This document shows, in pieces, positions 46,893 to 57,828 of a stretch of DNA of 64,000 bases. The first letter of the stretch is position 1. Every line of letters starts with the position of its first letter. The position numbers and the translations under genes were made by a program. This DNA comes from Gammaproteobacteria bacterium (GTDB taxonomy: Bacteria; Pseudomonadota; Gammaproteobacteria; Eutrophobiales; Eutrophobiaceae). The notes beneath the pieces are model-generated. The model ran no database searches, was not told the DNA's origin, and saw only the letters and a list, made by a program, of their open reading frames with translations. The stretch spans positions 3,648,001 through 3,712,000 of the forward strand of contig OZ220696.1 in NCBI GenBank assembly GCA_965116495.1. Reading direction: 5' to 3'.

Positions 46893-49061
46893 TTACTTGA
46901 AGTTCAGCCGGATAGTCCCCCCAAACCAGCGGGGTGGGTTGTACACGCCCTGTCGGAAGCGAAAACCGGGAAACGGGTCTGCCTTGATCAGGTTTGTTTC
47001 ATCCGTGAAGTTCTGGACAAAGAAGCTCGCCTCCCACCTGCCGTTGTCAGGCCTGTATGTCAGGCGGGCATTGGTCACGAATTGCTCGCCCATGTCGGAG
47101 GAAGGATCATTGAAATTAGTCCGGTATTGGTTGTCTGTCCACACGAAGTCCCACAGCAGGCTCACACTGCCGCCGAAAGCCGCCTGTGTGTATTTCGCTG
47201 CGCCATTGAAGGCTACGTTGGGCGAGAACCCCATGTCGACGTTCCTGGTGATGGTCCCGTTGTTGATATCCTTGATCTCCGTTTCAAGCAGGGAGACACC
47301 CAGGGAAAGTTCAAGGGGTTCCGTGGGATAGGCCTTTATCTCGATCTCGGCGCCGTAGTTTTCCGCTTCGGAGTTACCCATCGCCCCGCTTAATCCCACC
47401 CAGTTCCATGCCTGGAAATCATTGTAGTCGTAATAGAAGACAGACGTGTTTATGCGCGCCCGCTGGCCGAAGACATCGATCTTGAACCCCGCCTCGTATG
47501 CCCATAGGGTCTCGTCTTCGTACTGGACGTCCTCCGGTGTCGGAACATTGTAGAAACCGTTATTGAAGCCTCCACCCTTGGTTCCCCTGACGACCTTGGC
47601 GTAGATCAGCCAGTTTTCCCTCGGCGTCCAGTCAAGTTCGAGGTTTGCCGAGACCAGTTCATCACTCCGGTTGACCAGGTCGCCGACGGCTTCCTCGACG
47701 AAATTGCCGGCCGCATTGCGGAAATTACCGAAAAATGTGTTGATCGCTTCATATTTCTTGTCGTCGTTGGTATACCTGACCCCGGCAAGGACCGCCAGTT
47801 GCGGTGTAATATCGTATTCGACATGGCCGAAGATCGACCACGACTCAAGATCCAGTTGCCACGGGGCATCGAGGGCGCGCGGGAAGCCGAAAAATCTGGC
47901 GGTGGGATGCGCCTCCGCATCCTGGTTGAGGTAGAAAAAGCCCGCGGTCCAGCGCAGGTTTTCGGTCTCCTGGTAGACTCTGGCCTCCTGGGTCCAGATA
48001 TGTTGATCCACCGGGAACCCCGCCGTACACATGTCATTGGGTCCGCCATCGCAATCCTCGAGATTATCGCGGGTTACCCAGGCGTAGCCGGTGAGTGAGG
48101 TCAGGGTCATGTTATTGGGCATGTCCCAGTCCATCCGGATCAACCAGTTCAATACTTCGGATTCCACCTCCTGGCCGCCGTCGGTATACACGGTGCGCGG
48201 TGCCTCTGCCCCGACCTGGCGTTCGTTGAACCCCAGCGTGTCAAGCCCGTCCAGGTCCAGGTGCTGCAGTCCGGTTGCCGGATCGATATAGGCGATTTCG
48301 TGGTCTGTATATAAAGGGATCACGTTGATATCGGCGTACTGTACCTTGGCCAGGATCGAAAGGTCTTCATTGGGCGTATACAGGAATTGCACGCGTCCCG
48401 TTTTGGTGCCGTAGTCCGTACCGTCCTTGAATTCGGGATTCAGGTTTTTCACATAGCCGTCACCGTCATGAAACAGCATTGAGGCGCGTACCGCCAGTGT
48501 TTCGGTGGCGGGTGCGTTGATCATTCCTTCAATCCGCACCTCGTCGTAGGATGCGTAGGTGGCATCGATGTAGCCCTCGGCTTCCCGCCCTGGTTTCTTG
48601 GTGATGAAATGGAGCAGGCCGCCGGTCGTGTTTCTCCCGAACAGGGTTCCCTGCGGCCCGCGCAGAACTTCGACCCGTTCCAGGTCGTACAGGGCAAAAT
48701 CCAGCCCCGCGGGCGGCAGCATGTAGAATTCGTCGACATACCCGACCACCGGGGATTCGTGGCCGTCGCCGAAATCGCTCAAACCGATACCCCGGATAAA
48801 AGTATAGGAATTGGCGCCCCGGCCCTGGGTCGAGAAGTTATACACGCTTGGAGTCTGGGCGACCACGTCGGTGCTGGCTACCAGGCGGAAATCCCGGATT
48901 TGCTCGCCGGTCAGCGCGGTAATCGAAATGCCGACGTCCTGCAAACTCTGCTCGCGTTTTTGCGCCGTGACGACGACTTCTTCGAGGACCGTGGCGGCAT
49001 GGACAGGGACGAGTGATGCAATAAGGCAAATGGTGGACAGCCGAATGAGTGATATTTTCAT
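46893..49061 (-). CDS. TonB-dependent receptor
   Basis: LEEVVVTAQKRE, ERVEVLRGPQGTLFGRN, C-terminal barrel strand (PRWFGGTIRLNFK). Confidence 0.95.
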   Translation of the reverse strand: MKISLIRLSTICLIASLVPVHAATVLEEVVVTAQKREQSLQDVGISITALTGEQIRDFRLVASTDVVAQTPSVYNFSTQGRGANSYTFIRGIGLSDFGDGHESPVVGYVDEFYMLPPAGLDFALYDLERVEVLRGPQGTLFGRNTTGGLLHFITKKPGREAEGYIDATYASYDEVRIEGMINAPATETLAVRASMLFHDGDGYVKNLNPEFKDGTDYGTKTGRVQFLYTPNEDLSILAKVQYADINVIPLYTDHEIAYIDPATGLQHLDLDGLDTLGFNERQVGAEAPRTVYTDGGQEVESEVLNWLIRMDWDMPNNMTLTSLTGYAWVTRDNLEDCDGGPNDMCTAGFPVDQHIWTQEARVYQETENLRWTAGFFYLNQDAEAHPTARFFGFPRALDAPWQLDLESWSIFGHVEYDITPQLAVLAGVRYTNDDKKYEAINTFFGNFRNAAGNFVEEAVGDLVNRSDELVSANLELDWTPRENWLIYAKVVRGTKGGGFNNGFYNVPTPEDVQYEDETLWAYEAGFKIDVFGQRARINTSVFYYDYNDFQAWNWVGLSGAMGNSEAENYGAEIEIKAYPTEPLELSLGVSLLETEIKDINNGTITRNVDMGFSPNVAFNGAAKYTQAAFGGSVSLLWDFVWTDNQYRTNFNDPSSDMGEQFVTNARLTYRPDNGRWEASFFVQNFTDETNLIKADPFPGFRFRQGVYNPPRWFGGTIRLNFK

Positions 49062-49170
49062 ACGATTACTCCCAATTTTTCCCTGTGTTGAGTATAAAGA
49101 GAACGCGGGTCAAATAGTAATCAGAATAATGAATACAGGGATATAATCCGGACTTATTATTGAATCAATG

Positions 49171-49320
49171 GGTTCCGGCGTTCGCCGGAACGACGGTCGC
49201 CGGAACGACGGTCGCCGGAACGGCGTTCGCCGGAACGACGTTCGCCGGAACGACGTTCGCCGGAACGACGGTCGCCGGAACGGCGTTCGCCGGAACGACG
49301 TTCGCCGGAACGACGGTCGC
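49171..49320. repeat. 15-bp tandem repeat expanded from a REP hairpin
   Basis: About nine units of CGCCGGAACGRCGKT. Confidence 0.85.
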
Positions 49321-49462
49321 TCGAACCTAATTTGGGACACCCATAAATTGAGACTCGATTCAATTCATGGGTGTCCCAAATTGGTGTTTAACGTAAATTT
49401 ATGGGTGTCCCAAATTGGCGTCCCAAATTGGCGGGGATGGCTTTACAGCTGGGATATGCAGG

Positions 49463-50527
49463 CTATGTATCGGGGAGGAGGATCGAATTGATATACGCGA
49501 TTATATCCATCATGGCTTGTTCATCCTTGATTGGTGTCATCGCTGCTTGCATTTGTTGTCCCGGGGTATCGGATTCGTGTGAGCCGCGTGTGCCTGCCTT
49601 GAATTTGCGTAACTGTTCCAACTGGTACCAGCCTTCCAGTCCGGCCAGCGCGGGGGCGTTGAGGACCGGGATGCCTTCTGCCTTGCCGCCATGGCAACTG
49701 GCGCAGTAGCTGTCGTACAAGCGCTTGCCCTGGCTGATGTCGCCGCCGGGGGAATCGCTCGCATAGGTATCCGGCAAGGTATCGATGTATGCCACGACAT
49801 CACGGATTGCCCGGTCGCCGGGTAACGCCGTCGCGCGGCCGTTCATCTGCCAGCCATAGAAATCGGTAACGCCTCCGCGTACCATTTGACGAAAGTTGCG
49901 CAATTGCCTGCGCAGATACTCCGCATCCAGCAGTGTCAGTCGCGGCGCGTGCATGTTTGGATTGCCCTCGCCGTTAATCCCGTGGCAGGCGGCGCAGGTA
50001 GTATAGTAAGCCTTGCCGCGCGCGCTATCTGCCGGGACAAGCGCTTCCATGATGGCGGCTGAATCCGTGATCACCTCCAGTTTCACAATACGGTTGTTTT
50101 CAATGGTGAACAGGTGCGACCATCCCACATCGTATTCACCGCCGGTCATTTTGCCGGCGCCTTTTTGCCGTCCGGTTACGATCACCACGTTTCCGTCCAC
50201 TGCAAAATTATCCCGGGTGACCTCCGAAATGTCTACGGTCCTTTCCTCATCGGTAAAAAACTGCCTGACACCCTCGTGCCCCTTGTAGGTCCCTGCATAA
50301 TCAATAACGTATTCAGGTCCGTAAAAGACCCATACCACGTCCGGCGAGAGGAGCGACAGCGCCTTGTCCATTTCATGCGCGGCAAAAGCCCCATAGAAAT
50401 CCCTGGTAATTTTTACCATTGCGTCCTCGGACGCAATGCAGGTTAATGCCAGCAGGCAGGAAATTACTGCAACCAGGGAGCGGGTGCCGTGTTTCCGCTT
50501 ATCAGGCATGGTGAGAAAATCCCACAT
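49463..50527 (-). CDS. SnoaL/NTF2-like domain fused to di-heme cytochrome c
   Basis: Signal-like N-terminus, SnoaL-like segment, CAACH and CASCH heme motifs. Confidence 0.82.
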   Translation of the reverse strand: MWDFLTMPDKRKHGTRSLVAVISCLLALTCIASEDAMVKITRDFYGAFAAHEMDKALSLLSPDVVWVFYGPEYVIDYAGTYKGHEGVRQFFTDEERTVDISEVTRDNFAVDGNVVIVTGRQKGAGKMTGGEYDVGWSHLFTIENNRIVKLEVITDSAAIMEALVPADSARGKAYYTTCAACHGINGEGNPNMHAPRLTLLDAEYLRRQLRNFRQMVRGGVTDFYGWQMNGRATALPGDRAIRDVVAYIDTLPDTYASDSPGGDISQGKRLYDSYCASCHGGKAEGIPVLNAPALAGLEGWYQLEQLRKFKAGTRGSHESDTPGQQMQAAMTPIKDEQAMMDIIAYINSILLPDT

Positions 50528-50530
50528 GAT

Positions 50531-52051
50531 TTACACGCTCAGAAAATCATGGTACACGCCGTCAGGGTCGTATTGCCGGCGCAGTTTATCCAGTTTCTCC
50601 CAATTCTCCGGCGCAAAACACGCGTACGTCATGTCCGAGCGCGTCTCACGGTCGAACTCATTGATATAATAACCGGAGGCGAAAGGACGCATTTCGTCAT
50701 AAAAATTTTTCAACCAGTCCTGGTTGGCATGGTCATCTGCGGCATGATCCCATTGCGCATAACCGGCCAGGTAAAATAACCCGGTCGTCGAACAGGCCGC
50801 ATCGGGGAAGGTTAAATCTCCACGCCATAGAATAACGGGCGTATTGCTGTCGGAGGGTGACTGCAGCATGTGCTTACTCAACACCCCGGTCGAGTCCAGG
50901 ATATTGTTGGTATAGATGTTGTCGGCCCGCGCCCGGCGTTGCGGGAACGGGCCCTCGTTATCCTGGTACAGGACTTCCACCGGTGTGGGCCTGCTTTTCA
51001 GGGTTGCTAAAGCCAGTTTACTGGTCGGATGGCCGGCAATTGGAGCCATCATCTGCTGCGCCTGTGCTGCCGTATCCGCGAACGTGATGGCAGTCATGAC
51101 TACAACACGGCCACACTGGCTGCCCTCGCACTGTGCGGCGAGGTCCGGCGGGGCCGGGACAACGACGGTCAATACCTCCAGGTTGGGGTCCAGGGACGGC
51201 CCCAGTTCTTCCACCATTTCCACAACCTGCAACATATCAGAATAGTGGAACGTGTAATAATCCGTGGAGATTGCCCGGGGCAAGGGGTGACACCTGACAT
51301 AAAAACGCGTTACGGTAAAGAACAACCCCGGCCCGGCCCCGCGTGCAGCCCAGAACAGGTCTGTGTTCCGGTTCTCGTTGACATGCAACAATTCACCTTC
51401 AGCCGTGACCACATCAAGTCCGACAATATTGAATACGCTCATGCCCCCCCAGGCGCCTGAATTCAGGCCAAGGCCGCCACCCAGTAAAAAACCGCTCAGA
51501 GGCACCATCCCGCAGTGGGCCGTGGGGAACGCCAGTCCATACGGGCGCAGGTATTCACTCAGTCCCCTGCCGATCACACCCGCTTCAACCACTGCAATGC
51601 GTGTACGGGTATCGACTTCGATCTTCTGCATACGCGATACGTCTACAAGCACCCCGCCATCGCGCAGGTAACAACCACTCCAACTGTGCCCGCCGCTGCG
51701 GGTGGTAATCTTCAGGTTATTGTTACGGGCATAGTTAACCGCCTCAACGACATCTGCCTCGGTCTCGGCCTGGACAATCACATCCGGGTAACGCTTGAAC
51801 TTGCGAAATTGCCAGATCATACTCTGGCGCCAGGGCTCATAGGTGGGACTGCCGCGCTCCACGACCGCGCCGGCAACCCGGCTTTTCAGCGCTGCAACTG
51901 TTTTTGCGGGGTTATTCCTGATAAGAGTTGCAGCCGGGGACAGGCGGGGCAGGAGCAAGCTGCCGGTAACCAGGCCTCCCGCTTTTTCAATAAACCGTCT
52001 TCTGCCGGAATTAACAACCGGTTTCCTGTTTTTTTCGGATTTCTTGTTCAT
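50531..52051 (-). CDS. Tat-exported FAD-binding oxidoreductase (BBE/VAO family)
   Basis: GRRRFI twin-arginine motif, RSGGHS, GGGLG, WAARGAG, YINE, YDPDGVY. Confidence 0.9.
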   Translation of the reverse strand: MNKKSEKNRKPVVNSGRRRFIEKAGGLVTGSLLLPRLSPAATLIRNNPAKTVAALKSRVAGAVVERGSPTYEPWRQSMIWQFRKFKRYPDVIVQAETEADVVEAVNYARNNNLKITTRSGGHSWSGCYLRDGGVLVDVSRMQKIEVDTRTRIAVVEAGVIGRGLSEYLRPYGLAFPTAHCGMVPLSGFLLGGGLGLNSGAWGGMSVFNIVGLDVVTAEGELLHVNENRNTDLFWAARGAGPGLFFTVTRFYVRCHPLPRAISTDYYTFHYSDMLQVVEMVEELGPSLDPNLEVLTVVVPAPPDLAAQCEGSQCGRVVVMTAITFADTAAQAQQMMAPIAGHPTSKLALATLKSRPTPVEVLYQDNEGPFPQRRARADNIYTNNILDSTGVLSKHMLQSPSDSNTPVILWRGDLTFPDAACSTTGLFYLAGYAQWDHAADDHANQDWLKNFYDEMRPFASGYYINEFDRETRSDMTYACFAPENWEKLDKLRRQYDPDGVYHDFLSV

Positions 52052-52295
52052 GGCAAAATAAATAACAACGTGTCGCGCGGAAGCCTGCCCGCGTGAAAAC
52101 GGGCGGCGGCTCTTGGGCTACCGGATTCCCGTTTCCACGGGAATGGAAATAGACAGTGGCTCACCCGGCGCTAACCTGGGTGTGAAAATGTGAACACGTT
52201 GATATCATGTTCATTGTTGTAGAAATTTCTTACATACCCCTTGCAGGAGTTTAGCACCTTTTGCCCGGGCGGGTTCGATTTGATACGGTGGAATT

Positions 52296-54425
52296 CTACA
52301 GCCCCGGTGAGCCGCGGGTTAAATAGCGCCGGATTAATTCGACTTCTCCTGCATCCAGGAGATCGGCAAAACCCGGCATCCCTTTCGCCTCAAAAACGCC
52401 ATCAAGTACTATGTGCTTGAATATTCTATTGATTTCGGGGGCCATACTGGTCAGGTCGGGCAATATTGACTTGCTGCCGAACATCCCATGACAACTGCCG
52501 CAGTTCCTGATGTAAAGTTGCTCGCCCATGCTTATACTTTCATCGCCTGTCTGTTGCACGACCGGCGCCGGGGCAGTGGGCGACGCAGTTATCCCGGGAG
52601 GTAACGGCACACTGTCTCCGTTCAGTTTAAAAACCAGCAGGCGCCCGGCATTTTTGTATTTCATTGCCGCGGCAGCACCGTCCAGCATGAACAGCGTGGC
52701 GCCGCCAAATCCCGCCATAACGGCAATATACTGCTCCCCGTCTATTGCGTAGCTGACGGGCGGAGCCATGATGCCCGTTCCCACAAAAAGATGGAGCAAC
52801 CTGGCGCCGCTCAAGGCATCGTATGCGTTGAAATATCCATCCTCCGTTCCCTGGAACACCAGCCTGCCGGCGGTCGACAGCGTGCCGCCGTTTATGAAGG
52901 TTGCATTTTTTACCTGCCACGCCAGTTTTTGCCGGACGGGGTCCCAGGCTTTGAGGTATCCGCCTTCCTCTACTGCCGGCTGGTTCTGCCTGAGTTTTTC
53001 AATGTGCGGCGCGTTGAAATCAAACAGGTAAAAATTATCGGGTGAATGTACCCAGCCTTTTTCCTGTGCCGGTATATAAACCAGTCCCGTGCCGGGATTG
53101 AACGACATCGGGTGCCAGTTATGCCCGCCCAGTTCCGACGGGTAGACCAGTTTATCTTCACGGCTGTAATCGCCTTGCCCGGTCTCTACCGGCCGGCCGT
53201 TTTCTATATGGCTGGCCCAGTTCACGGTGACATATTTCTCTGCCGACAGGAGTTCGCCGTCGGTACGGTCGAGCACGTAAAAAAAGCCATTTTTGGGGGC
53301 CTGCAGGATGACTTTTCTTTCCTCCCCGCCAATGAGCAGGTCCGCCAGGATCATATGCTGGGTGGCCGTATAGTCCCAGCTATCCCCGGGCGTGGTCTGG
53401 TAGTACCATTTCATCTGCCCGCTGTCCGCATCAAGGGCCAGGATGGACGACAGGAACAGGTTGTCCCCGCCGCCCGGGCTGCGCCGGTGCCGGGCATGGG
53501 GGGCGCCGTTTCCGGTGCCGATATACAGCAGGTTCAGATCCGGGTCGAACGCAATGGAATCCCAGACCGTGCCGCCGCCACCCGTCTCAAGCCATTCACC
53601 GGTTCTGCTCCAGGTTTTTGCCGCGAGTTCCAGTTCGGGCTGTTCATGGGGTCCATCGGGTGAGCCCGGTACGGTGTAAATGCGCCAGACCAGTTCTCCG
53701 GACATGGCGTCGTAGGCCGACACGTAACCGCGCACGCCGAATTCGGCCCCGCCGTTGCCGATGATGACCTTGCCGTTGACGACCCGTGGCGCGCCTGTGA
53801 TGGTGGCAGGTTTGGTCCTGTCAATGGTGCTGGTTTCCCACAGCAACTGTCCTGTTTGCGCGTCCAGCGCTACCAGTCTGCCGTCAAATGCGCCCAGGAA
53901 TACCCGGTCGGCCCAGACCGCGACGCCCCGGTTCACCACATCACAACAACCTTTTCGGGACCAGCTGCGCGGTACTTCGGGATCATGCTTCCACAACAGT
54001 TTCCCGGTCTGCGCATCGATGGCATAGACAACGCTCCAGGTTCCGGTGGTAAACAGGATGCCGTCACGAACGATTGGGGTGGCCTCCAGCCCGCGCACCG
54101 AGTTCATGTCAAAGAGCCAGGCAAGGCCCAGTGTGGCTACGTTGTCGTGATTAATCTGCGTGAGGGGTGAGAAGCGTTGTTCGGCCCAGGTCCTGCCGTG
54201 CAACAGCCAGTCATCGGCCTGTGCCGGTGCGCAGAACAAAACTGCCAGCACCAGCAACGACCTGGTGGACGCGCGGTAAATAAACCCGGCGCAACCGGCG
54301 TTTACTTTGCCGCTATCGTGCCCGGACCGTGCGGCCGGATATCCGGGTAGTAATTTTTCTTTGTCAGAGAAATGCATCGGTCGTATCAATACCGGTGAGT
54401 GGCCGCAGCCTTCCGTCCCCGGCAA
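52296..54425 (-). CDS. PQQ-dependent quinohemoprotein alcohol dehydrogenase (start uncertain)
   Basis: RFSPLTQI, EATPIV, CCDVVNRG, C-terminal CGSCH heme. Confidence 0.92.
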   Translation of the reverse strand: MPGTEGCGHSPVLIRPMHFSDKEKLLPGYPAARSGHDSGKVNAGCAGFIYRASTRSLLVLAVLFCAPAQADDWLLHGRTWAEQRFSPLTQINHDNVATLGLAWLFDMNSVRGLEATPIVRDGILFTTGTWSVVYAIDAQTGKLLWKHDPEVPRSWSRKGCCDVVNRGVAVWADRVFLGAFDGRLVALDAQTGQLLWETSTIDRTKPATITGAPRVVNGKVIIGNGGAEFGVRGYVSAYDAMSGELVWRIYTVPGSPDGPHEQPELELAAKTWSRTGEWLETGGGGTVWDSIAFDPDLNLLYIGTGNGAPHARHRRSPGGGDNLFLSSILALDADSGQMKWYYQTTPGDSWDYTATQHMILADLLIGGEERKVILQAPKNGFFYVLDRTDGELLSAEKYVTVNWASHIENGRPVETGQGDYSREDKLVYPSELGGHNWHPMSFNPGTGLVYIPAQEKGWVHSPDNFYLFDFNAPHIEKLRQNQPAVEEGGYLKAWDPVRQKLAWQVKNATFINGGTLSTAGRLVFQGTEDGYFNAYDALSGARLLHLFVGTGIMAPPVSYAIDGEQYIAVMAGFGGATLFMLDGAAAAMKYKNAGRLLVFKLNGDSVPLPPGITASPTAPAPVVQQTGDESISMGEQLYIRNCGSCHGMFGSKSILPDLTSMAPEINRIFKHIVLDGVFEAKGMPGFADLLDAGEVELIRRYLTRGSPGL

Positions 54426-54578
54426 TGTTCAGTCCGATTGCGGGAAACTGCCCGGATAAATTGATGGATTATAGCCTGGAATGCGCCGGTTTTCCCGGCG
54501 CGTTGGATGGATACCCAAACGTCACGTCATGCTTTATACTGCAGGTGCCGGCCGCCCGATACCGGCCGAGCCTATACC

Positions 54579-54797
54579 ATGGGGAACAGATACAAAACCT
54601 TTGCCGAGCAGTTCTACCTGGAGGAAGCCGGTTTTTTCCGGCGGCTGAAACGCGATGTCCGCCTTGTCGTACACATCTTTATCACCGTCGTTATGTGGCT
54701 GAAAGCCGGGAAGTTCAGGTCTGAATTCCGCCGTTACCGGGCGGCGGGCAAGCGCTATTACGTCGATAAATTCACTCCCCCCGGGGCCGGGAAATGA
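54579..54797 (+). CDS. Small basic protein with one hydrophobic segment, coupled to the downstream Fe-S gene
   Basis: ATGA overlap at 54794; VVHIFITVVMWL segment. Confidence 0.5.
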   Translation: MGNRYKTFAEQFYLEEAGFFRRLKRDVRLVVHIFITVVMWLKAGKFRSEFRRYRAAGKRYYVDKFTPPGAGK

Positions 54798-55795
54798 AAC
54801 TGTACGACACACCTTCGGCGGAGAACCTGCCCGCATACCGGGCGCAACCGGTTTCAGGCAACGAGATCAATGGCCAGGGCATAAAGGAAAAGGTGCGCGC
54901 CAGGCGGGTATTCCACGCCCCGTGGAACAGGGAGATGGCCTGGACCGGCATGAATGACTTTTTCCTGATGAACAACACCTGGGCCATTTTGGTACAGGCC
55001 CTGAAGAACCGGTGGTTGATGAGACGTTGCGCCGGTCCCGTCGCGCAACGCCGGGTTGAAGCCGGTAACCCGGAGGAGATGGCGCGGCGATTAAAGCAGA
55101 AAGCGAAGGAACTGGGCGCGGGAATTGTCGGCATCACCGAAATCGAGCCTGGTGACCTGTATGACGACATGGAACCGAAGCACCGGTATGCCATCTGCAT
55201 CGGTATGCCCATGCGCCGGGAGGAGATGCAGCATGTTCCCCATGAGCGCTCCGGGCTGGAGGTCCAGCGCGTCTACGGGGAGGTGGCCAGGGTGTCGATT
55301 GAACTGGCAGAATACATTCGCGCCATGGGCTGGCCCGCCTACGCTCATGGTGACCCGCGCAGTACCGAAGTTTTACAGATTCCCATGGCGGTGCGCGCCG
55401 GCCTTGGCGAGTTGGGTAAACACGGGTCGCTGATCTCAAAGGAATACGGTTCCAACTTCCGCCTGTCTGCCGTTGCCACGGACATCCCGCTGAGCCTGGA
55501 CCGCCCCGTCGATATCGGGGTGGACGACCTGTGCCTGGGGTGCAGGCGCTGTACCATCGACTGTCCGCCCGATGCCATTCTTGATGAGAAGCAGTGGGTG
55601 CGCGGCGAATACCGCTGGTACGTGGATTTCGATAAATGCGTGCCTTATTTCACCACAACTTTCGGCTGCGCGATCTGTATCGAAGTCTGCCCCTGGTCGG
55701 AACCGGGCCGGGGACCGAAACTGTCGCAGATGCTGCTGGCAAAGCGTAGTAAGAAAGCGCAAAGCCCGGGGGCGGAAAACCTGGGGTCAGAGTAA
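54794..55795 (+). CDS. Reductive dehalogenase/QueG-like cobalamin 2x[4Fe-4S] protein
   Basis: AGLGELGKHG..I..YG..FR, CxxCxxCxxxCP, then C-x9-CxxCxxxCPW; no Tat signal. Confidence 0.8.
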   Translation: MKLYDTPSAENLPAYRAQPVSGNEINGQGIKEKVRARRVFHAPWNREMAWTGMNDFFLMNNTWAILVQALKNRWLMRRCAGPVAQRRVEAGNPEEMARRLKQKAKELGAGIVGITEIEPGDLYDDMEPKHRYAICIGMPMRREEMQHVPHERSGLEVQRVYGEVARVSIELAEYIRAMGWPAYAHGDPRSTEVLQIPMAVRAGLGELGKHGSLISKEYGSNFRLSAVATDIPLSLDRPVDIGVDDLCLGCRRCTIDCPPDAILDEKQWVRGEYRWYVDFDKCVPYFTTTFGCAICIEVCPWSEPGRGPKLSQMLLAKRSKKAQSPGAENLGSE

Positions 55796-55915
55796 AAAAG
55801 CCTTGGCTTTTTCGTCATGCCGGCCTGACACGGTATCCACTGGGTTCCGGTGTTCGCTGGAACGACGGGGTTGCCGGGAGGATTAATGGGGTCTGACCCC
55901 ATTTATTCCCGCCAC

Positions 55916-57688
55916 TTATTCCCGTAGCGCGGCGGTCTGGTCCGGGTCCAGGGCGCCGTTTTTATCGATCGCTACCCGGTATGTTTCCCGCGCCCGTTGC
56001 GCTGATACCCAGCCGCGCTGCACGTCGCGTGCGACCCGGTTGGGCGCGCGGGTGCCAGGCGCGCCGTAACCGGCGCCGCCGCTGCATATCGAGACGACGC
56101 GTTCTCCCGGCTTGACCGTGACCTGTTCGTAAGTTCCCAGCGGTTCGGACAATTCTCCTTCAGCGCCGCGTACATACTGGCGCGCAGCTGCGCCGTTATC
56201 TCCACCCTGGACGCCGACAGGTGGATGGGTAGTGCCTTCGCTGAGCCACACGGCCGTCAGTTCACTGTCGAGGGGACCGAACTCGACCTGGGTAGCGGGC
56301 GCGCCGCAGTAGCGTCCGGCGCCTTCGCTGTCCCGGACGATGTGTTCCGAATGGATCAATACCGGGTACTTCATCTCCAGTATTTCAACACTGTCCCGGC
56401 GCAGGAAGCCGGCGGCGCCGAGGCCGAGGATCGTCAGCCAGCCGTCGGCAACGGGACCGGCCGCGCCCCCCGTGAAGCCGAGCCATAACTGGTTCACGAA
56501 CGGTCCCCGTCCGGGGCGGTTATCAATGCCGGATATCACCGCGGTGGCGGCCGGCGATGCCTTCCCGGTCGCGGCCATGCCGTGGCCGTCACCGAGGGCC
56601 GCGACCGCGCGTACCACACAGTTGGCAAGCAGTTCGGACAGGTTGGTCGTGGCGACCGAGCAACTATGCGGGTGAGTCGGGATGCCGACCACGCAGTTCT
56701 CGCGCAGGTGCACGCGCAGGCGGCGGAAACTGCCCGAGTTCGACGGTACGACAGATCCCAGTCCGGTGAACACCCCCATCATTGCTGCCGTGCGCGCGGT
56801 GGCTTCGGTCAGGTTCAGGCCGCAGGGCTGGCAATCGGGGTTATCCGTCAGGTCCACCTCGATGAGCGCCGCATCACTGTTGACGTTGAGATGGGCCCTC
56901 ACCTCGAGCCCGTCGGGCAACGCCCCGGGAATCGGATCGTGCCAGCCCGAAGTCGTCGCTGCACCGGACGGCAGGCGCCGGATCGCGTCGACCATCAGGC
57001 GCTCGCTGTAATCGAACCATTCCGCAGGGTACGCCTCGAGCTGTTCCCCGTCCATTTCCCGCAACAGTTCAAGCAGCTTGCGTTCGCCGATACGGACGGC
57101 GCCCAGCAGCGCCAGGAAATCGCCGTGCCACAACTCCGGGACCCGTATCCGCACCTGCGCAATACGCAGTACATCCTCCCGGTCACGGTAGTCTTCCTGC
57201 ACTTTCACGCAGGGAAATATCAGCGCGCCTTCTTCATAAACGTCTCGCGCCGCCGCCGAGTAAGTCGTGGGCACCGCGTTCCCGCAGTCGGCTAAGTGCG
57301 CCTTGGCGACGACGGTGAACCGATGGCGGCCGGAATCGTCCAGCACCGGGACCAGCAGGGTCCAGTCGGCGGCATGTGAATTTCCATGGTAAGGAGAATT
57401 GTGCAGGAAGGCGTCGCCGCGCTTGAGTTCCGGGTTGAAACGCACCATCCACTGCGCCATCAGGTCCGGGCCGCTCATGACATGGATCGGCAGGCTCTCG
57501 GTCATGGCCAGCATTTCATGTCCGGCAGTCAGGATACAGCAGGAAAAATCCCGCGCGGTGTTAAGGACCGCGGAGCGCGCTGTGCGCAACAGCGTGTTGG
57601 TCATGGCCCGCACGATGCCGTCGAAGCGGTTGTTCAGCAGTGCGAGCTGGTGTCCGTCGAGGGTGTGTCCAGTTTTTTCGGTTTGCAT
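55916..57688 (-). CDS. Hydantoinase B/oxoprolinase family
   Basis: RTARS..L..ARDFSC, HNSPYHGNSH..D, GGAGYG. Confidence 0.92.
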   Translation of the reverse strand: MQTEKTGHTLDGHQLALLNNRFDGIVRAMTNTLLRTARSAVLNTARDFSCCILTAGHEMLAMTESLPIHVMSGPDLMAQWMVRFNPELKRGDAFLHNSPYHGNSHAADWTLLVPVLDDSGRHRFTVVAKAHLADCGNAVPTTYSAAARDVYEEGALIFPCVKVQEDYRDREDVLRIAQVRIRVPELWHGDFLALLGAVRIGERKLLELLREMDGEQLEAYPAEWFDYSERLMVDAIRRLPSGAATTSGWHDPIPGALPDGLEVRAHLNVNSDAALIEVDLTDNPDCQPCGLNLTEATARTAAMMGVFTGLGSVVPSNSGSFRRLRVHLRENCVVGIPTHPHSCSVATTNLSELLANCVVRAVAALGDGHGMAATGKASPAATAVISGIDNRPGRGPFVNQLWLGFTGGAAGPVADGWLTILGLGAAGFLRRDSVEILEMKYPVLIHSEHIVRDSEGAGRYCGAPATQVEFGPLDSELTAVWLSEGTTHPPVGVQGGDNGAAARQYVRGAEGELSEPLGTYEQVTVKPGERVVSICSGGAGYGAPGTRAPNRVARDVQRGWVSAQRARETYRVAIDKNGALDPDQTAALRE

Positions 57689-57828
57689 TCTGATAGCCGG
57701 TTTTTTAAATGGTCAAAAAATCAATCGAGTCTGACCCCATGGATACTATCTAATTCATGGGTGTCCCAAATTAGCGCAAATTACGAATTCATGGGTGTCC
57801 CAAATTTGGCCATCCTGATTCCTGATTC

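Noticed and set aside
49110-49491. Short repetitive ORFs over the 15-bp tandem repeat
   Set aside because: The open frames are a by-product of a stop-free 15-bp unit; no RBS or domain evidence.
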